DNA of 64,000 nucleotides from an uncultured Rhodopirellula sp. (GTDB taxonomy: Bacteria; Planctomycetota; Planctomycetia; Pirellulales; Pirellulaceae). Below the pieces are notes generated by a model, which saw nothing but the letters and a program-made list of their open reading frames with translations, did not search any database and had not been told where the DNA came from. The DNA lies in assembly GCA_964007735.1 (NCBI GenBank), contig CAXGAI010000013.1, positions 1-64,000 on the forward strand, given 5' to 3'. Shown here piece after piece: positions 39,625-51,199 of the stretch. Within the stretch, counting starts at the first letter, position 1; each line of letters starts with the position of its first letter. The position numbers and the translations under genes are program-made.

Positions 39625-40916
39625 GTGAAATTTCTGTTTATCTGATTGTCGGCACCTCCCACCACTCGGATTGCTTCCACCATCGTGGCAGGATTCTTCC
39701 GATCTATCACAGTGCAACCATCAACAATACACCGAGTGCACTCGCGCAGTTCAATTCCACAATGCAACGGGTCCAATACCTGACAGTGCCCAATGGTCAT
39801 ATCACTGCAGTTCTCCAGCGTGATCCCCGCGCCTCGCGTAGGAGTACCGTAACATAAATGTTCGGACTGCAGACCTGTCAAAACTCCTGCCGAGCATTCG
39901 ACAAACTTGAGACCATCTCGTTTGGCTGCGTCGTCATCACTTCTCCATACAAATGTGTTGCTACCCACTGTAAATCCATGACAACGTTCAAAGTAGAGAG
40001 AGAGGTCTTGAGAATCATAAATGGTATTGCCCGTCACCGTAATCCGGCCACCATCACGCATATCAATTCCTCGAGTCTGGCTGCCTAATACGTTACCTGT
40101 AATTGCAACCAGACGATTAGAATACTGATCCACCTTGCCATTGCCCCAGATACGGATATTCGAACCACCCGGCTGAATCGTTGCCTGAACCGTATTGCTT
40201 GCAATCGTCACTTCCGAAATAACTCCGTTGCGGGCATCAAACCAAATTTCGGCGCCTAATGGCCCCTCTCCTTCATCTACTCCGGGCGAATTGTTGTATT
40301 CAATGTCGTTACCTGTGATTTGCAGATTATGAACATCGCCATCGAGAGACTTAATCCCCGACTTACCATTCCAGGAGATATGATTTCCATGGACAATAAT
40401 CTGATGTAAATTACACCGATCAAAATACAATCCATGATGGGAATTATTGAGCAGATGACTATCAGACAAAATAAAATCGCGATTCCTTTCTACCAAATGA
40501 ATCCCATATTTACACTCTCGCACTAAAACACGAGTGATGACCGCCTTCGTCGTTTTTATTAATTCGATACCCACTGCTTCCGGATGTTTACCAAGGATCT
40601 CAAACCCCTCCAGAATGGGCATTCTTTCCTTCTCCCATGTCGACGCCTGATAAGTGGCCGGCGAAGCGGTGCCATTATGATTACCAACGACTCGAACCGC
40701 GGGACCGGCTCCCTCCATCACAATTCGTGATGCGCCGCTGCGCCCGGAGATTCCTCCATAGCCGTTTTCCACTGTATTGATGATCAGTGGCTGTGTAATC
40801 CTGTACGTACCCTTTTCCAGCTCCAGAATTCCATCCCCTGCATCCAGTGCATGCTGTAAGGCTTGAGTATCGTCCGCTTTGCCATCGCCGACAGCACCAA
40901 AATGATAAACACTCAT
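39621..40916 (-). CDS. Right-handed parallel beta-helix protein (pectate lyase 3 superfamily N-terminus)
   Basis: SVYHFGAVGDGKADDTQALQ and repeated I/V-T-G-N units; likely start ATG 40916. Confidence 0.8.
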   Translation of the reverse strand: MSVYHFGAVGDGKADDTQALQHALDAGDGILELEKGTYRITQPLIINTVENGYGGISGRSGASRIVMEGAGPAVRVVGNHNGTASPATYQASTWEKERMPILEGFEILGKHPEAVGIELIKTTKAVITRVLVRECKYGIHLVERNRDFILSDSHLLNNSHHGLYFDRCNLHQIIVHGNHISWNGKSGIKSLDGDVHNLQITGNDIEYNNSPGVDEGEGPLGAEIWFDARNGVISEVTIASNTVQATIQPGGSNIRIWGNGKVDQYSNRLVAITGNVLGSQTRGIDMRDGGRITVTGNTIYDSQDLSLYFERCHGFTVGSNTFVWRSDDDAAKRDGLKFVECSAGVLTGLQSEHLCYGTPTRGAGITLENCSDMTIGHCQVLDPLHCGIELRECTRCIVDGCTVIDRKNPATMVEAIRVVGGADNQINRNFT

Positions 40917-41096
40917 TGAACTTTTCCAATCGTTTGCGATTACATATTCGACAGTAGATAATCGATCCTGTCCGGGCCTAATGCGCTTCTGAGAACATCC
41001 ACTGATTCCGGCATTCATTGTCCTCCATATCAACTGGAAATGCGACTAATCACGACTTTTGGGATTTTAGAATTTGACTGAAGGTGGCGAAGAATA

Positions 41097-41615
41097 ATGG
41101 AAACCAAACGCCTGATACTACGTGGCTGGAATCTTAGCGATCTCACCCCTTTTCTAAAAATCTGTTCCCGTCAGGACGTGATGAAATATATTGATGATCC
41201 ATGGGAAACCGAACGCGTTACTGAATTCATCCTTGAAGAGCAACGACAACTTCAATTGCGGGGCCATTGCCGCTGGGCATTAGAATTGAAGGATTCGAGT
41301 GCGTTGGTTGGCTTTTGCGGATTTAGACCGCGAGCTGACAAACCGGAACAGTTGGAAATTGGTTGGCGGCTGCATCCCGACTATTGGCGACAAGGGCTGG
41401 CATATGAAGCGGCAACCAAGGTAATGAATCACGCAATCAATCAGCTCACTCCAACACGAATCTTTGCTCGTATTCACGTGCATAATAAAGCGTCACTTCG
41501 TCTGGCTAATAAACTAGGTATGCAGATAACAAAGCGAGTCCCTACAGATGAATTGGATGATTACATCCTTGAATATCCCTGTTCGCCAATACTGAAAGAA
41601 ACAAACGTCAGATAA
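41097..41615 (+). CDS. GNAT acetyltransferase (RimJ/RimL family)
   Basis: ETKRLILR, VGFCG, EIGWRLHPDYWRQGLAYEAA, NKASLRLANKLGM. Confidence 0.9.
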   Translation: METKRLILRGWNLSDLTPFLKICSRQDVMKYIDDPWETERVTEFILEEQRQLQLRGHCRWALELKDSSALVGFCGFRPRADKPEQLEIGWRLHPDYWRQGLAYEAATKVMNHAINQLTPTRIFARIHVHNKASLRLANKLGMQITKRVPTDELDDYILEYPCSPILKETNVR

Positions 41616-41616
41616 T

Positions 41617-42450
41617 CTAACTGTCGAACCGGATCGCCTTGAACGCTTGTACCTGTTCGGTCAGCGCTGTTTCAACCGGCAAACGCTCCATGGAACTGGC
41701 ACCATAAAATCCATGCACATTATTCGTTTGACGAAGAACAAACTGCGCGTCTTCCGGCATAGCAATGGGACCACCGTGACAAAGTACGATGACATCGTTG
41801 CGCACACCATGAGCAGCATCAGCAATTTCCTGAACCCTAACCACACTCTGCTCCAACGTGAACGCGGTTTCAGCCCCAATCGTCCCTTTCGTAGTTAGTC
41901 CCATATGCGCAACAATCACGTCTGCACCGGCATCAGCCATGCGTTCAGCTTCTTCCGTGTTGAATGCATAGGGAGTCGTCAGCAGATCCTTTTGCCGGGC
42001 TAGTCGCACAAGTTCAACTTCACGGTCGTACCCCATACCGGTTTCTTCTAGATTTGCACGAAAGCTGCCATCAATGAGCCCAACGGTGGGGAAGTTTTGT
42101 ATGCCGGCAAATCCAATCTCTTTGACTTCATTCAGGAACCGATCCATTTGACGAAACGGATCCGAAGCGCAGATTCCAGCTAACACGGGCGTGTCCTTGA
42201 CAATCGTCAGAACTTCTCCTGCCATATCCATCACAATTTGATTAGCATCGCCATAGGGCATGAGCCCCGCCAGCGAACCCCGACCAGCCATACGATAACG
42301 GCCGGAGTTATAAATGATAATCAGATCGATCCCCCCGGCCTCTTCAAACTTTGCACTAATTCCTGTGCCCGCTCCCCCACCGATAATGGGGACGCCGGAA
42401 GCCAGACGTTCTCTAAGTCTGGCCAGCGTTTGCTCTCGTGTAAAACTCAT
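41617..42450 (-). CDS. Phosphoenolpyruvate-hydrolase-family / TIM-barrel signal transduction protein
   Basis: [61 protein letters not shown]. Confidence 0.9.
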   Translation of the reverse strand: MSFTREQTLARLRERLASGVPIIGGGAGTGISAKFEEAGGIDLIIIYNSGRYRMAGRGSLAGLMPYGDANQIVMDMAGEVLTIVKDTPVLAGICASDPFRQMDRFLNEVKEIGFAGIQNFPTVGLIDGSFRANLEETGMGYDREVELVRLARQKDLLTTPYAFNTEEAERMADAGADVIVAHMGLTTKGTIGAETAFTLEQSVVRVQEIADAAHGVRNDVIVLCHGGPIAMPEDAQFVLRQTNNVHGFYGASSMERLPVETALTEQVQAFKAIRFDS

Positions 42451-43667
42451 CGTCGTTTCATTTCTAAAAGAATTTCCACCGCCCTTTGTGAAAAAGCCGG
42501 GGCGTTAATATTGGCTTCTATCTCGAAGACCGGAATCTTCGGGTTTACATTATCTTTGATGGAAGCAAACAAAGCCTGATTTGCTTCTCTATCACAAAAG
42601 AGTTCCCCATCGCCATCCAGAATCGAGACTCCACCAAGTGGTAATAAGAACGCAATCGGACCACGAGCCTGATTAGCCTTCTCGGCAAAAATTTGGCCAA
42701 GCTGCCGATTCTCTTCAATATTAGTTCTCATTAATGTGACAGACGGATTCCAGTGGTAAAACAATCTACCATCATCAAGGAACTGCTGAGGAACCGTATT
42801 CGGAGCATTAAAATTTACCATATCAACACACCCCGGGACGATAAGATGAGGTATGCCCACACGACCGGCCGCTTCGAGCCGTCCGGGCCCGGCACTGAAA
42901 ACACCTCCACAAAGCTCATCGGCCCATTCGGTGGTGGTAATATCCAAACAGGCATCCACTAACCCCTGATCAATCAACGATTCCATGGTTTGGCCACCCG
43001 TTCCAACGGCATGAAAAACAAGCACTTCATATCCGGCAGCATCAAGTAGATCCCGACAGGCATCAACACAGGCCGTTGTATTGCCGAACATACTGGCGGC
43101 CACAATAGGTCGATCGTCAATGGCTGGCGAAACTTCCGTTTGCAACATTCCGATCACTGCACCAATCGCTCGAGTGTAGGTGACGCGGCTGATCCTGTTG
43201 ACACCTGACACATCCGTAGCAGAAGGGAACAGAATAATATCACTCGTTCCTACGTAGTTCGATGTATCTCCGCTGGCAACTGTACAAACACAAACCTTGG
43301 GGACACCCAGCGGCAGACAACGCATGGCAGCGGTCACCATGGTCGATCCGCCAGATCCTCCCATTCCGAATATGGCATCAAAGCTACCTGCTTCATACAT
43401 CTTGCCAGACATCACTTCGGCACCCCGAGCCATAACAACCATTGCCTGCCCTCGGTCACCGGTTTTCCGGATTTGCTCCAGCGACATTCCTCCAGCTTGA
43501 GCAACTTCCGCTGCTTCAATATCAACCGGAAACAGGTTCGTGGTGCCCAATACACCGGTGTTGACTGTGATTACCTCTAATCCGTTGGCTAAAACAACAT
43601 CACGCACAAAGGCATATTCCGGCCCTTTTGAATCAAAGGCGCCGATTAATAATACTTTCTTGGCCAT
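42447..43667 (-). CDS. Tm-1-like ATP-binding protein (UPF0261)
   Basis: [60 protein letters not shown]. Confidence 0.9.
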   Translation of the reverse strand: MAKKVLLIGAFDSKGPEYAFVRDVVLANGLEVITVNTGVLGTTNLFPVDIEAAEVAQAGGMSLEQIRKTGDRGQAMVVMARGAEVMSGKMYEAGSFDAIFGMGGSGGSTMVTAAMRCLPLGVPKVCVCTVASGDTSNYVGTSDIILFPSATDVSGVNRISRVTYTRAIGAVIGMLQTEVSPAIDDRPIVAASMFGNTTACVDACRDLLDAAGYEVLVFHAVGTGGQTMESLIDQGLVDACLDITTTEWADELCGGVFSAGPGRLEAAGRVGIPHLIVPGCVDMVNFNAPNTVPQQFLDDGRLFYHWNPSVTLMRTNIEENRQLGQIFAEKANQARGPIAFLLPLGGVSILDGDGELFCDREANQALFASIKDNVNPKIPVFEIEANINAPAFSQRAVEILLEMKRR

Positions 43668-43668
43668 C

Positions 43669-44559
43669 TTATTTATTTAATAACCCACGTTCCCGCATCC
43701 ACTGCTCACATCGAGTGGGCCAGCGATGACTATTCGAATCTGTCACTCGCAATCCATAACCGTGTCCACCAGTTTCTGTGATATGCATTTCAGCCGGGAC
43801 CCCGAGCCGTTTCAATGCCAACCACATGAGTACACTGCTTTCCGGTGTCACTCCGTCATTGTACGCATGTTGCATGAACATCGGTGGGGTTTGTTTGGTC
43901 ACCTTGGCTTCCGGCACCAGCTTACCGTCAGTCGTCGTCAGATAGGCCGGATAAATTAGAATGGTAAAATCTGGACGACTGCTAACCTCATCAATCTCAT
44001 CAATCATCTCATAGTGACGTTTATCGAAGTGCATTGAGGTCATTGCAGCCAGATTCCCACCCGCTGAAAAACCCAGAATCCCTATACGTGCCGGATTAAT
44101 TTTCCATTGCTCCGCATGAGCCCGAACATAACTCATTGTTCGCTGTGCATCCTGTAGCGGAGCATGATAAGGAGGCAGACCTTTTCGACGAGGGACCCGA
44201 TACTTCAGCAATACCGCATTCACCCCAAGCGAATTTAGCCAATCACAAACTTCTGTGCCTTCCAAATCCCACGCCAGGATGTTGTATCCACCTCCGGGAC
44301 AAACAACAACCGTCGTACCTGTGTTGTTCTTCTTTGCCGGATAAAACTGCAATGTGGGGACCGTCACATTGGAAATTCTCAACACCTGCTTTTGCCCTGG
44401 TTTGCTTGGCGTGGCTGTTTCTGCGCCAAGATCACCTTTTTCTCCCGGGGCCTCATCTGGCCAAACCTTAATCGGCTTCTCTGTTGCCACAGCCGCTGTA
44501 CTGAACATCAATAAAATTAAAAACCATAGATTCCGAAGATGCATATAACTTTCTTTCAT
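43669..44559 (-). CDS. Secreted alpha/beta hydrolase (xylan/acetyl esterase-like)
   Basis: CPGGGY, GFSAGG nucleophile elbow, RPDFTILIYPAY, GGHGYG. Confidence 0.85.
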   Translation of the reverse strand: MKESYMHLRNLWFLILLMFSTAAVATEKPIKVWPDEAPGEKGDLGAETATPSKPGQKQVLRISNVTVPTLQFYPAKKNNTGTTVVVCPGGGYNILAWDLEGTEVCDWLNSLGVNAVLLKYRVPRRKGLPPYHAPLQDAQRTMSYVRAHAEQWKINPARIGILGFSAGGNLAAMTSMHFDKRHYEMIDEIDEVSSRPDFTILIYPAYLTTTDGKLVPEAKVTKQTPPMFMQHAYNDGVTPESSVLMWLALKRLGVPAEMHITETGGHGYGLRVTDSNSHRWPTRCEQWMRERGLLNK

Positions 44560-44708
44560 ATCAATACTTGTTGATGTGATGAGATAAACTTCACTTTTCT
44601 CCTAAGTGGAACTTAGATTTTCCAAGCAAAGAGTGTTTGTAACAGGGATATTATAAGAAGGTAACAAAGTTGTTTCATCCATATTAGCACTGATTCACCA
44701 GAAGACTC

Positions 44709-47700
44709 ATGATTATCAATTTCGGAATGATTCTTGGAAAAGTCCTTCGCAAGTTAGCTCATAGATTGATCAAGAGGTACTACCCGAAAGTCCAAATCAC
44801 GGGTGCTGAACAAATTCCCTCCGACGGGCCTATTCTGTTTTGTGCGAACCATCCCAACTCTTTAATTGATCCCATACTCATTGGGATTACTGCGAAGCGC
44901 CCGGTTAGCTTTATGGCCAAGGCACCATTATTTAAGACCCCAATTCTGGGCTCTATCATGTATGCCCTGGGAATGGTCCCTGCCTATCGAGGGCGTGATG
45001 ACTCCAGTCAGGTAAAAAAGAACCAAAAAAGTCTGGACCGTGTAATTAAAGGGCTGATGTCGGGAAGAGCTATGGGAATTTTCCCGGAAGGTGTCTCATC
45101 AGACTTACGACAATTGGGACTAGTAAGAGGAGGAGCTTCGCGAATCGCTCTGGGTGCCTTCGAAGGGGGCGTAGAAAACCTCGTTATTGTTCCTCTCGGC
45201 ATTAACTACGAACGCAAAGAAAAACTGGGAAGTAAAGTCTGGATCAATGTCGGTGAACCGATCCTTATGAAGGAATTCACACAAGAGAATCGATCCGACG
45301 AAGAAAAGGCGATTACAGATGACAAAGTTTTACGTCGAAAACTAACACAACAAATCGAAACGAATCTTAAGACAGTCATTGTCCATTTGGATAACGCTGA
45401 GTGGGATCCACTACTGGATGATTTGGAAACGCTTGTTGAACACTCTCGTCACAAAGCATCTTTAAAAGTACCTAAGCTGATGCGTCGCAAGCGTATTGCC
45501 GATGCGCTGAACTATTTCTATCGGGAAGAAGCAGAAACCGGCACGGAAGTCGTGTCCCAAATTCAAAATTACCATCATAAAGTGAGGGCTGCAGGACTGA
45601 TCATCGACGATCCGATCCTGCAGCGTAGTACGCTAAAGACTACCTTTACAATTCTCTTCAAATTCGTACACCTAATCGTCTGGTTCATCCCGGCGCTTCT
45701 GGGTACGCTCGGAAATATTGTGCCCTTTGTGATCACAAGAGCCATCGCCAGCAAAGTACAGCAGGAAGGTCTGAAGACAACGGCATTGGCTCGTATTGGC
45801 GTTGGCCTACCCATCTATCTGCTGTGGTATGCTTTGATTGCCTATACGGTTTGGATGGAGACTGCCCAGCCGGTTCTGATCACCGTTACAAACTTTCTGC
45901 TGCTATTGTCAGGAACAATTTCATTGAAGTACTGGCCATACTGTGTGAAAACAATGGTCCATCTGGGGCATCAACTAAGAGCCTGCCTGAGAAAAGGTGT
46001 GCTGAAAAAACTTCGGGCAGAACTGGTGGAGATTAGAGAAACGCTCGTTCAATATGCAGAACGCTACGCCGAGTTAGTTCCCCGGCCAAACCCACCATCC
46101 ATTAGGCCGATGGTGATGCTTTTTGCTACGACCATCAGTTCTCTCGCTTTGCTTTCAGTTGCTTTCATTTTCTATATGCTCTTAAACATTACTCTCAATC
46201 CTGAAATTAATCGCGATCTAGACAACCTTGCAGAGATCCATGTTGAATTGAACGAAGAAAATATTACTAATGCCGAACGCACCGTCATGCGAATCGATCG
46301 CGAAGCAAGAGAAACCCATAAAAGAAGTGGTGAGTTGCTAGACGAATACAATGCCGGGGACTTCAAATTAGAAAATCAAAACAAGCGGCTTGAAGTCAGT
46401 GCTCTATTGCACAAGTTTTATCAGGCCCGTGACGAACTGCTCAAAATCGGTATCGTTTTTAACCCTAACAGATTCAATGACGGGTCTTCCTCTCTCGAAA
46501 TATTTGGGGAACGACTAGGACAATTATCAACAGCTGCTGTGTTACTGCGGCATCAAATGTCATTGCAGTTTGCAGCAACGTATCTCAAGGATAAGGAGCT
46601 CGCTAAATATCTTAATCAACCTGATGATATATACGGTATTCCTGAAGGGCTCGTTCGTCAGGTCAATGAAGAACTCAATGCCAAGCGTTATAGAGCCCTG
46701 ATTGATATCACGAGGGAACGGTTCTCTAAAGAAGATGAAGAGCGTGGATCTAATGAATCGCTAAATTCAAAAGGATTACGTTCTATCATTGATCGGGCTA
46801 ATGAGGTTATTAAAAAGATTGATTCGGAAGATTCCGATCCACTACATGGGCGTGTTCGCTCGGCCATTAGCGAAGCTAAGAGAAAGAGTGTAAATACCTA
46901 TCTGGAACTTCAGCAGGTCGTGGCAACTAAAATCGGGGATTTTCGTATTAAGAACACGGAAGACATTAAAGAACATCATATCCCTGAGGGAAAAGTTAAG
47001 GAATTTCATGACAAATTAGAACCGGGAGATATCCTGATTGAACGACGGGATTGGTATTCTTCCAATGCGTTTCTTCCTGGTTATTGGCCTCACGGGGCAC
47101 TTTACGTAGGCACACCTGACGATTGGAAAAAAGATAAAGATGAAAACTTCCTACGCAAGGTTATCAAAGAACTGAAGAGACTAGTTGATATTGAAGACAG
47201 GAACAAAACCGACGCCAGGCAGACTGAAGAGGATGGTAAGACACATATTCAACAAATGCGGGAACTCATCGAGGCACTCGAATTAGTCGATAACGAGAAC
47301 CCCCCGGATCAAAAAATGGGAGAGCTCATCAAGAAACTAAACGAGAAGCAAATTATCGAAGCGGTCAGTGAGGGCGTCATTCACAACACCATAGAGCATA
47401 GCGTTGGTGGGGCGTCCTCTGTCTTCGCCCTGCGCCCAATGCGCTCAAAAGACCCCAAAGAAAAAAAGATGGAGCCCAAGGAAAGGGCTCAAGCCATTGC
47501 TAGAGCTTTCTTCTATCTAAACCGTCCTTATGACTTTAATTTCGATTTCGATACTCCAAATACCCTCGTCTGTACCGAAGTTGTCTACAGGTGCTATGGG
47601 GGAAACAGTGACGAGGCAACTCTTAAATTCCCCCTCGTGACTCTCATGGGAAGGCGAACCTTACCGGCACATCAAATCGCAATACAATTTGTTGAAGATG

Positions 47701-48032
47701 TTGAGGCCGGCCGGTCCCAATACGATCTGGTTGTCTGGTTGGATCACGATCGTATTAATCAAACGGCTGCTCTTTTAAAATACGATGGGGATCATTCCGG
47801 TGAGAACTTTAAACGATTTAAAGACACACTTAAACGATCAAGTATTACCTTTGTGATGGAATACAAAAAACACGGGATTTCTGCCCTCGTCAGTAAACAG
47901 GTTCTCTACTTGTTCTATCTTTCAGTCATCACTGCTATTTGCTATGCCATTGCAAAATTTATATTTTTTCTTCGCATGACTCCAGAATCACAAATCTCTA
48001 CTCGTCATCCATACATTAATGAAACATCTTGA
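44709..48032 (+). CDS. Fusion: PlsC-type lysophospholipid acyltransferase + TM bundle + permuted papain-like (YiiX/YebB NlpC/P60) domain
   Basis: NHPNSLID (HxxxxD), FMAK and IFPEG in the N-domain; PGDILIERR..NAFLPGYWPHGALYVG, IEAVSEGV and RPYDFNFDF...LVCTEVV in the C-domain. Confidence 0.8.
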   Translation: MIINFGMILGKVLRKLAHRLIKRYYPKVQITGAEQIPSDGPILFCANHPNSLIDPILIGITAKRPVSFMAKAPLFKTPILGSIMYALGMVPAYRGRDDSSQVKKNQKSLDRVIKGLMSGRAMGIFPEGVSSDLRQLGLVRGGASRIALGAFEGGVENLVIVPLGINYERKEKLGSKVWINVGEPILMKEFTQENRSDEEKAITDDKVLRRKLTQQIETNLKTVIVHLDNAEWDPLLDDLETLVEHSRHKASLKVPKLMRRKRIADALNYFYREEAETGTEVVSQIQNYHHKVRAAGLIIDDPILQRSTLKTTFTILFKFVHLIVWFIPALLGTLGNIVPFVITRAIASKVQQEGLKTTALARIGVGLPIYLLWYALIAYTVWMETAQPVLITVTNFLLLLSGTISLKYWPYCVKTMVHLGHQLRACLRKGVLKKLRAELVEIRETLVQYAERYAELVPRPNPPSIRPMVMLFATTISSLALLSVAFIFYMLLNITLNPEINRDLDNLAEIHVELNEENITNAERTVMRIDREARETHKRSGELLDEYNAGDFKLENQNKRLEVSALLHKFYQARDELLKIGIVFNPNRFNDGSSSLEIFGERLGQLSTAAVLLRHQMSLQFAATYLKDKELAKYLNQPDDIYGIPEGLVRQVNEELNAKRYRALIDITRERFSKEDEERGSNESLNSKGLRSIIDRANEVIKKIDSEDSDPLHGRVRSAISEAKRKSVNTYLELQQVVATKIGDFRIKNTEDIKEHHIPEGKVKEFHDKLEPGDILIERRDWYSSNAFLPGYWPHGALYVGTPDDWKKDKDENFLRKVIKELKRLVDIEDRNKTDARQTEEDGKTHIQQMRELIEALELVDNENPPDQKMGELIKKLNEKQIIEAVSEGVIHNTIEHSVGGASSVFALRPMRSKDPKEKKMEPKERAQAIARAFFYLNRPYDFNFDFDTPNTLVCTEVVYRCYGGNSDEATLKFPLVTLMGRRTLPAHQIAIQFVEDVEAGRSQYDLVVWLDHDRINQTAALLKYDGDHSGENFKRFKDTLKRSSITFVMEYKKHGISALVSKQVLYLFYLSVITAICYAIAKFIFFLRMTPESQISTRHPYINETS

Positions 48033-49002
48033 CCCCATGGACTATTCGAATCTTCGTGTCGATGGACACACGCACATTTTCTGCTGGGGAGAGAACCCTA
48101 AAGAAGGTTTTCTCTCACGACGTACGCAAAAATCTATCATTTCAAAACTTCTGCTACAGCTATCCGGCATTAAAAAAGAACGTGGAGATACAATCTCTGA
48201 AAAGATCTACAACCGATTATTTAAAGATCTGGAGTCAACCGAATTAGACTACATCGTGTTATTCGCTCAGGATGCCATCTACAAAGATGGAGCGGACATC
48301 GATTATGAACGAACTCATTTTTATGTTTCCAATGATTATGTGTTGGAACTAGCAAAACGTTCCGACAAAATTATTCCCTGCACCAGTATTAATCCGATGC
48401 GAAAGGACTCTATCCGGGAGCTCGATCGAGTACGTGATGCCGGTTGTAAGTTGGTAAAAATTCATACGGCTATTCAGGGAGTGAGCCCTGATCTACCTGA
48501 ATTTGAAGCCTTTTATCGGCATGCGGCAAAAATCGGAATCACACTGATATTTCACACGGGATATGAGCACTCCTGCCAGGTTGTTTCACAAAAATTTACC
48601 GATCCTAAAAAGCTATCCCGAGCGTTGGATCAGGGAGGAAACATTATTGCAGCTCACTGTGGGACCTGTGCATTCTGGGACAAAGAAGATTACTATCCAC
48701 ACTTTATCGAAATGATGCATCAGTACGACAATCTCTATGGTGATACCGCCGTGATGGCCGGTTTTGTACGGCTCAATGCATGTGGCAAGCTGGCAGCGGA
48801 ATCTAAGTCAGTCACCAGTCGCATCATCCACGGGAGTGATTATCCAATTCCACCAAGTCGCATTCCACATCGCAAACACGTAGGGCTGTTTCCTAAGTAT
48901 CGTAAGAACTTGCTCGACTTAGATTTAAATATCAAGCGAGCGTACAACTACGGGCCTCGCTACGAAAATCTAATCCTGGAGCTGATTGGTTTTGAAATAT
49001 AA
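48019..49002 (+). CDS. Amidohydrolase_2 family metal-dependent hydrolase
   Basis: VDGHTH, SINP, FHTGYEH, IAAHCG, HGSDYP; overlaps the upstream fusion by 14 nt. Confidence 0.85.
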   Translation: MKHLDPMDYSNLRVDGHTHIFCWGENPKEGFLSRRTQKSIISKLLLQLSGIKKERGDTISEKIYNRLFKDLESTELDYIVLFAQDAIYKDGADIDYERTHFYVSNDYVLELAKRSDKIIPCTSINPMRKDSIRELDRVRDAGCKLVKIHTAIQGVSPDLPEFEAFYRHAAKIGITLIFHTGYEHSCQVVSQKFTDPKKLSRALDQGGNIIAAHCGTCAFWDKEDYYPHFIEMMHQYDNLYGDTAVMAGFVRLNACGKLAAESKSVTSRIIHGSDYPIPPSRIPHRKHVGLFPKYRKNLLDLDLNIKRAYNYGPRYENLILELIGFEI

Positions 49003-49032
49003 AAAAAGGCCCCGCAAAATACTGCAGAGCCT
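49001..49032 (-). terminator. Rho-independent terminator of amtB-glnK
   Basis: Minus strand AAGGCTCTGCAG-TATT-TTGCGGGCCTT followed by a T run. Confidence 0.7.
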
Positions 49033-49064
49033 TGTAGGAACCTTTCCTAAGTCAAAATCAATGA

Positions 49065-49490
<426 letters not shown>

Positions 49491-50996
49491 TTAAAGCCAG
49501 ATATAACCTTCTTCACCGTGTTCACTAAGATCCAGTCCGCGAGTTTCCGCATCTTCATCAACACGCAAGCCCATCGTCTTCTCCAACAATTTCAAGATGA
49601 TTAGTGAGATCACGGCAGCATAAACAACCGTCACGATGACGCTAACCAACTGGCCAACAATCGCGTCTACATTACCGTCAATAGCACCAAGAGCCTCAGT
49701 AGCGCCCGTTACCTGCTGGGTGGCAAACACGCCCGTCAATATCGCACCGATAGTACCGCCAATTCCATGAACACCAAAAGCATCTAAAGAATCGTCATAT
49801 CCAAGCTTCGACTTCATCGTTGTCACAGCAAAGAAACATAACGCACCGGCGATGAATCCCATTAGCAGTGCCGGCATTGGTTGGACAAATCCGGCAGCTG
49901 GCGTGATGCAAACCAATCCAGCGACAGCACCAGAAGCAGCACCCAACGCCGTGGGTTTTTTATGCACCGCCCATTCGAATAGGGTCCAGCCAACAACACC
50001 AGCTGCTGCTGAAAGGTGAGTTACTGCAAATGCCATCGTAGCCCCATCGTTGGAAGCCACGGCACTACCGGCATTAAACCCAAACCAACCAACCCAGAGC
50101 ATCGCCGCACCAAGGACCGTATAAGTCAGATTGTGTGGAGGCATGGGCTCCGAACCAAATCCCATTCGTTTGCCGATCAGGATACAAGCAACTAAGGCTG
50201 AGACACCGGAACTAATATGAACCACATTTCCACCGGCAAAATCCAAACCACCGCCGGCCCATGCTCCTTCTACACCGTGCGCAATGATTCCTCCATCCCA
50301 AACCCAGTGACAAATTGGACAATAAACCAAAAGTCCCCATAAGACTGAAAAAACGGCCATCGTACTAAACTTCATACGTTCTGCGAATGCGCCACAAATC
50401 AACGCTGGCGTGATAATAAAGAACATACCCTGGAAAATAGCAAACGTCAGATCGGATACGTCCAATCCCAGTTCGTAGCTAAGTGCTCCGCCCTCCATCG
50501 TCAGACCTTGCATAAATAGAAACTCACCATTACCAATAAATTTGTTTTCCATGCCGTCGCCACCAAATGCCAGACTAAATCCGCACACCGCCCAAACAAC
50601 ACTCATCAAACCCATCAGGAATAAACACTGCATCAAAACCGAAACGACATTCTTTTTACGAACTAAACCGCCATAGAAAAGAGCCAAACCCGGAGCGGTC
50701 ATAAAAAGAACCAGTGCACAGCAAACCAACATCCAGCCGTTATGGCCTGCATTAGCTGCCGCTGCGACAGATTGTTTTAATTCAAACATCTGCTGTGCTT
50801 CGGGATCGAGATCTTCAGGATTCAGAACTTCTCCCTCATAAGCCTCTTCAGTCGAAACATTTTCCGACTCTCCTTCAGCCAGTTCTAAAGTTTGCTCACC
50901 TTCAGGCACGGCGTCCTGAGACCAACTTGTTAGTGGTAAGCCCACCAAGAACATGACGCATAAAAATACATACCCATACTTCAAATAAGACATCAC
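49491..50996 (-). CDS. amtB: Ammonium transporter
   Basis: APGLALFYGG, FAER, DFAGGNVVH, WVGWFGFNAGS, DDSLDAFGVHG, GLDLSEHGE. Confidence 0.95.
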   Translation of the reverse strand: MMSYLKYGYVFLCVMFLVGLPLTSWSQDAVPEGEQTLELAEGESENVSTEEAYEGEVLNPEDLDPEAQQMFELKQSVAAAANAGHNGWMLVCCALVLFMTAPGLALFYGGLVRKKNVVSVLMQCLFLMGLMSVVWAVCGFSLAFGGDGMENKFIGNGEFLFMQGLTMEGGALSYELGLDVSDLTFAIFQGMFFIITPALICGAFAERMKFSTMAVFSVLWGLLVYCPICHWVWDGGIIAHGVEGAWAGGGLDFAGGNVVHISSGVSALVACILIGKRMGFGSEPMPPHNLTYTVLGAAMLWVGWFGFNAGSAVASNDGATMAFAVTHLSAAAGVVGWTLFEWAVHKKPTALGAASGAVAGLVCITPAAGFVQPMPALLMGFIAGALCFFAVTTMKSKLGYDDSLDAFGVHGIGGTIGAILTGVFATQQVTGATEALGAIDGNVDAIVGQLVSVIVTVVYAAVISLIILKLLEKTMGLRVDEDAETRGLDLSEHGEEGYIWL

Positions 50997-51199
50997 AATT
51001 GTTCCTCAAAGATCAATAAACAACTAATGAGTAATTAGCTTCAAAATTAATAATTTTGCAGTAATAGATTTACCCCGACTGCGATCAGGGCCGCCTTGTA
51101 GAAAAATCAATTGTCACCAATGAACGATGGCCAGACGATTTTTCTGCCTGTCATTGTATCAAACTTCAAGAAACAGAGAGGGCGAGAGAATCACTACAT

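Noticed and set aside
51000..51199. Sigma54 or NtcA/NtrC site upstream of amtB
   Set aside because: No convincing GG-N10-GC with TGGCAC context and no clean palindrome were found by eye.
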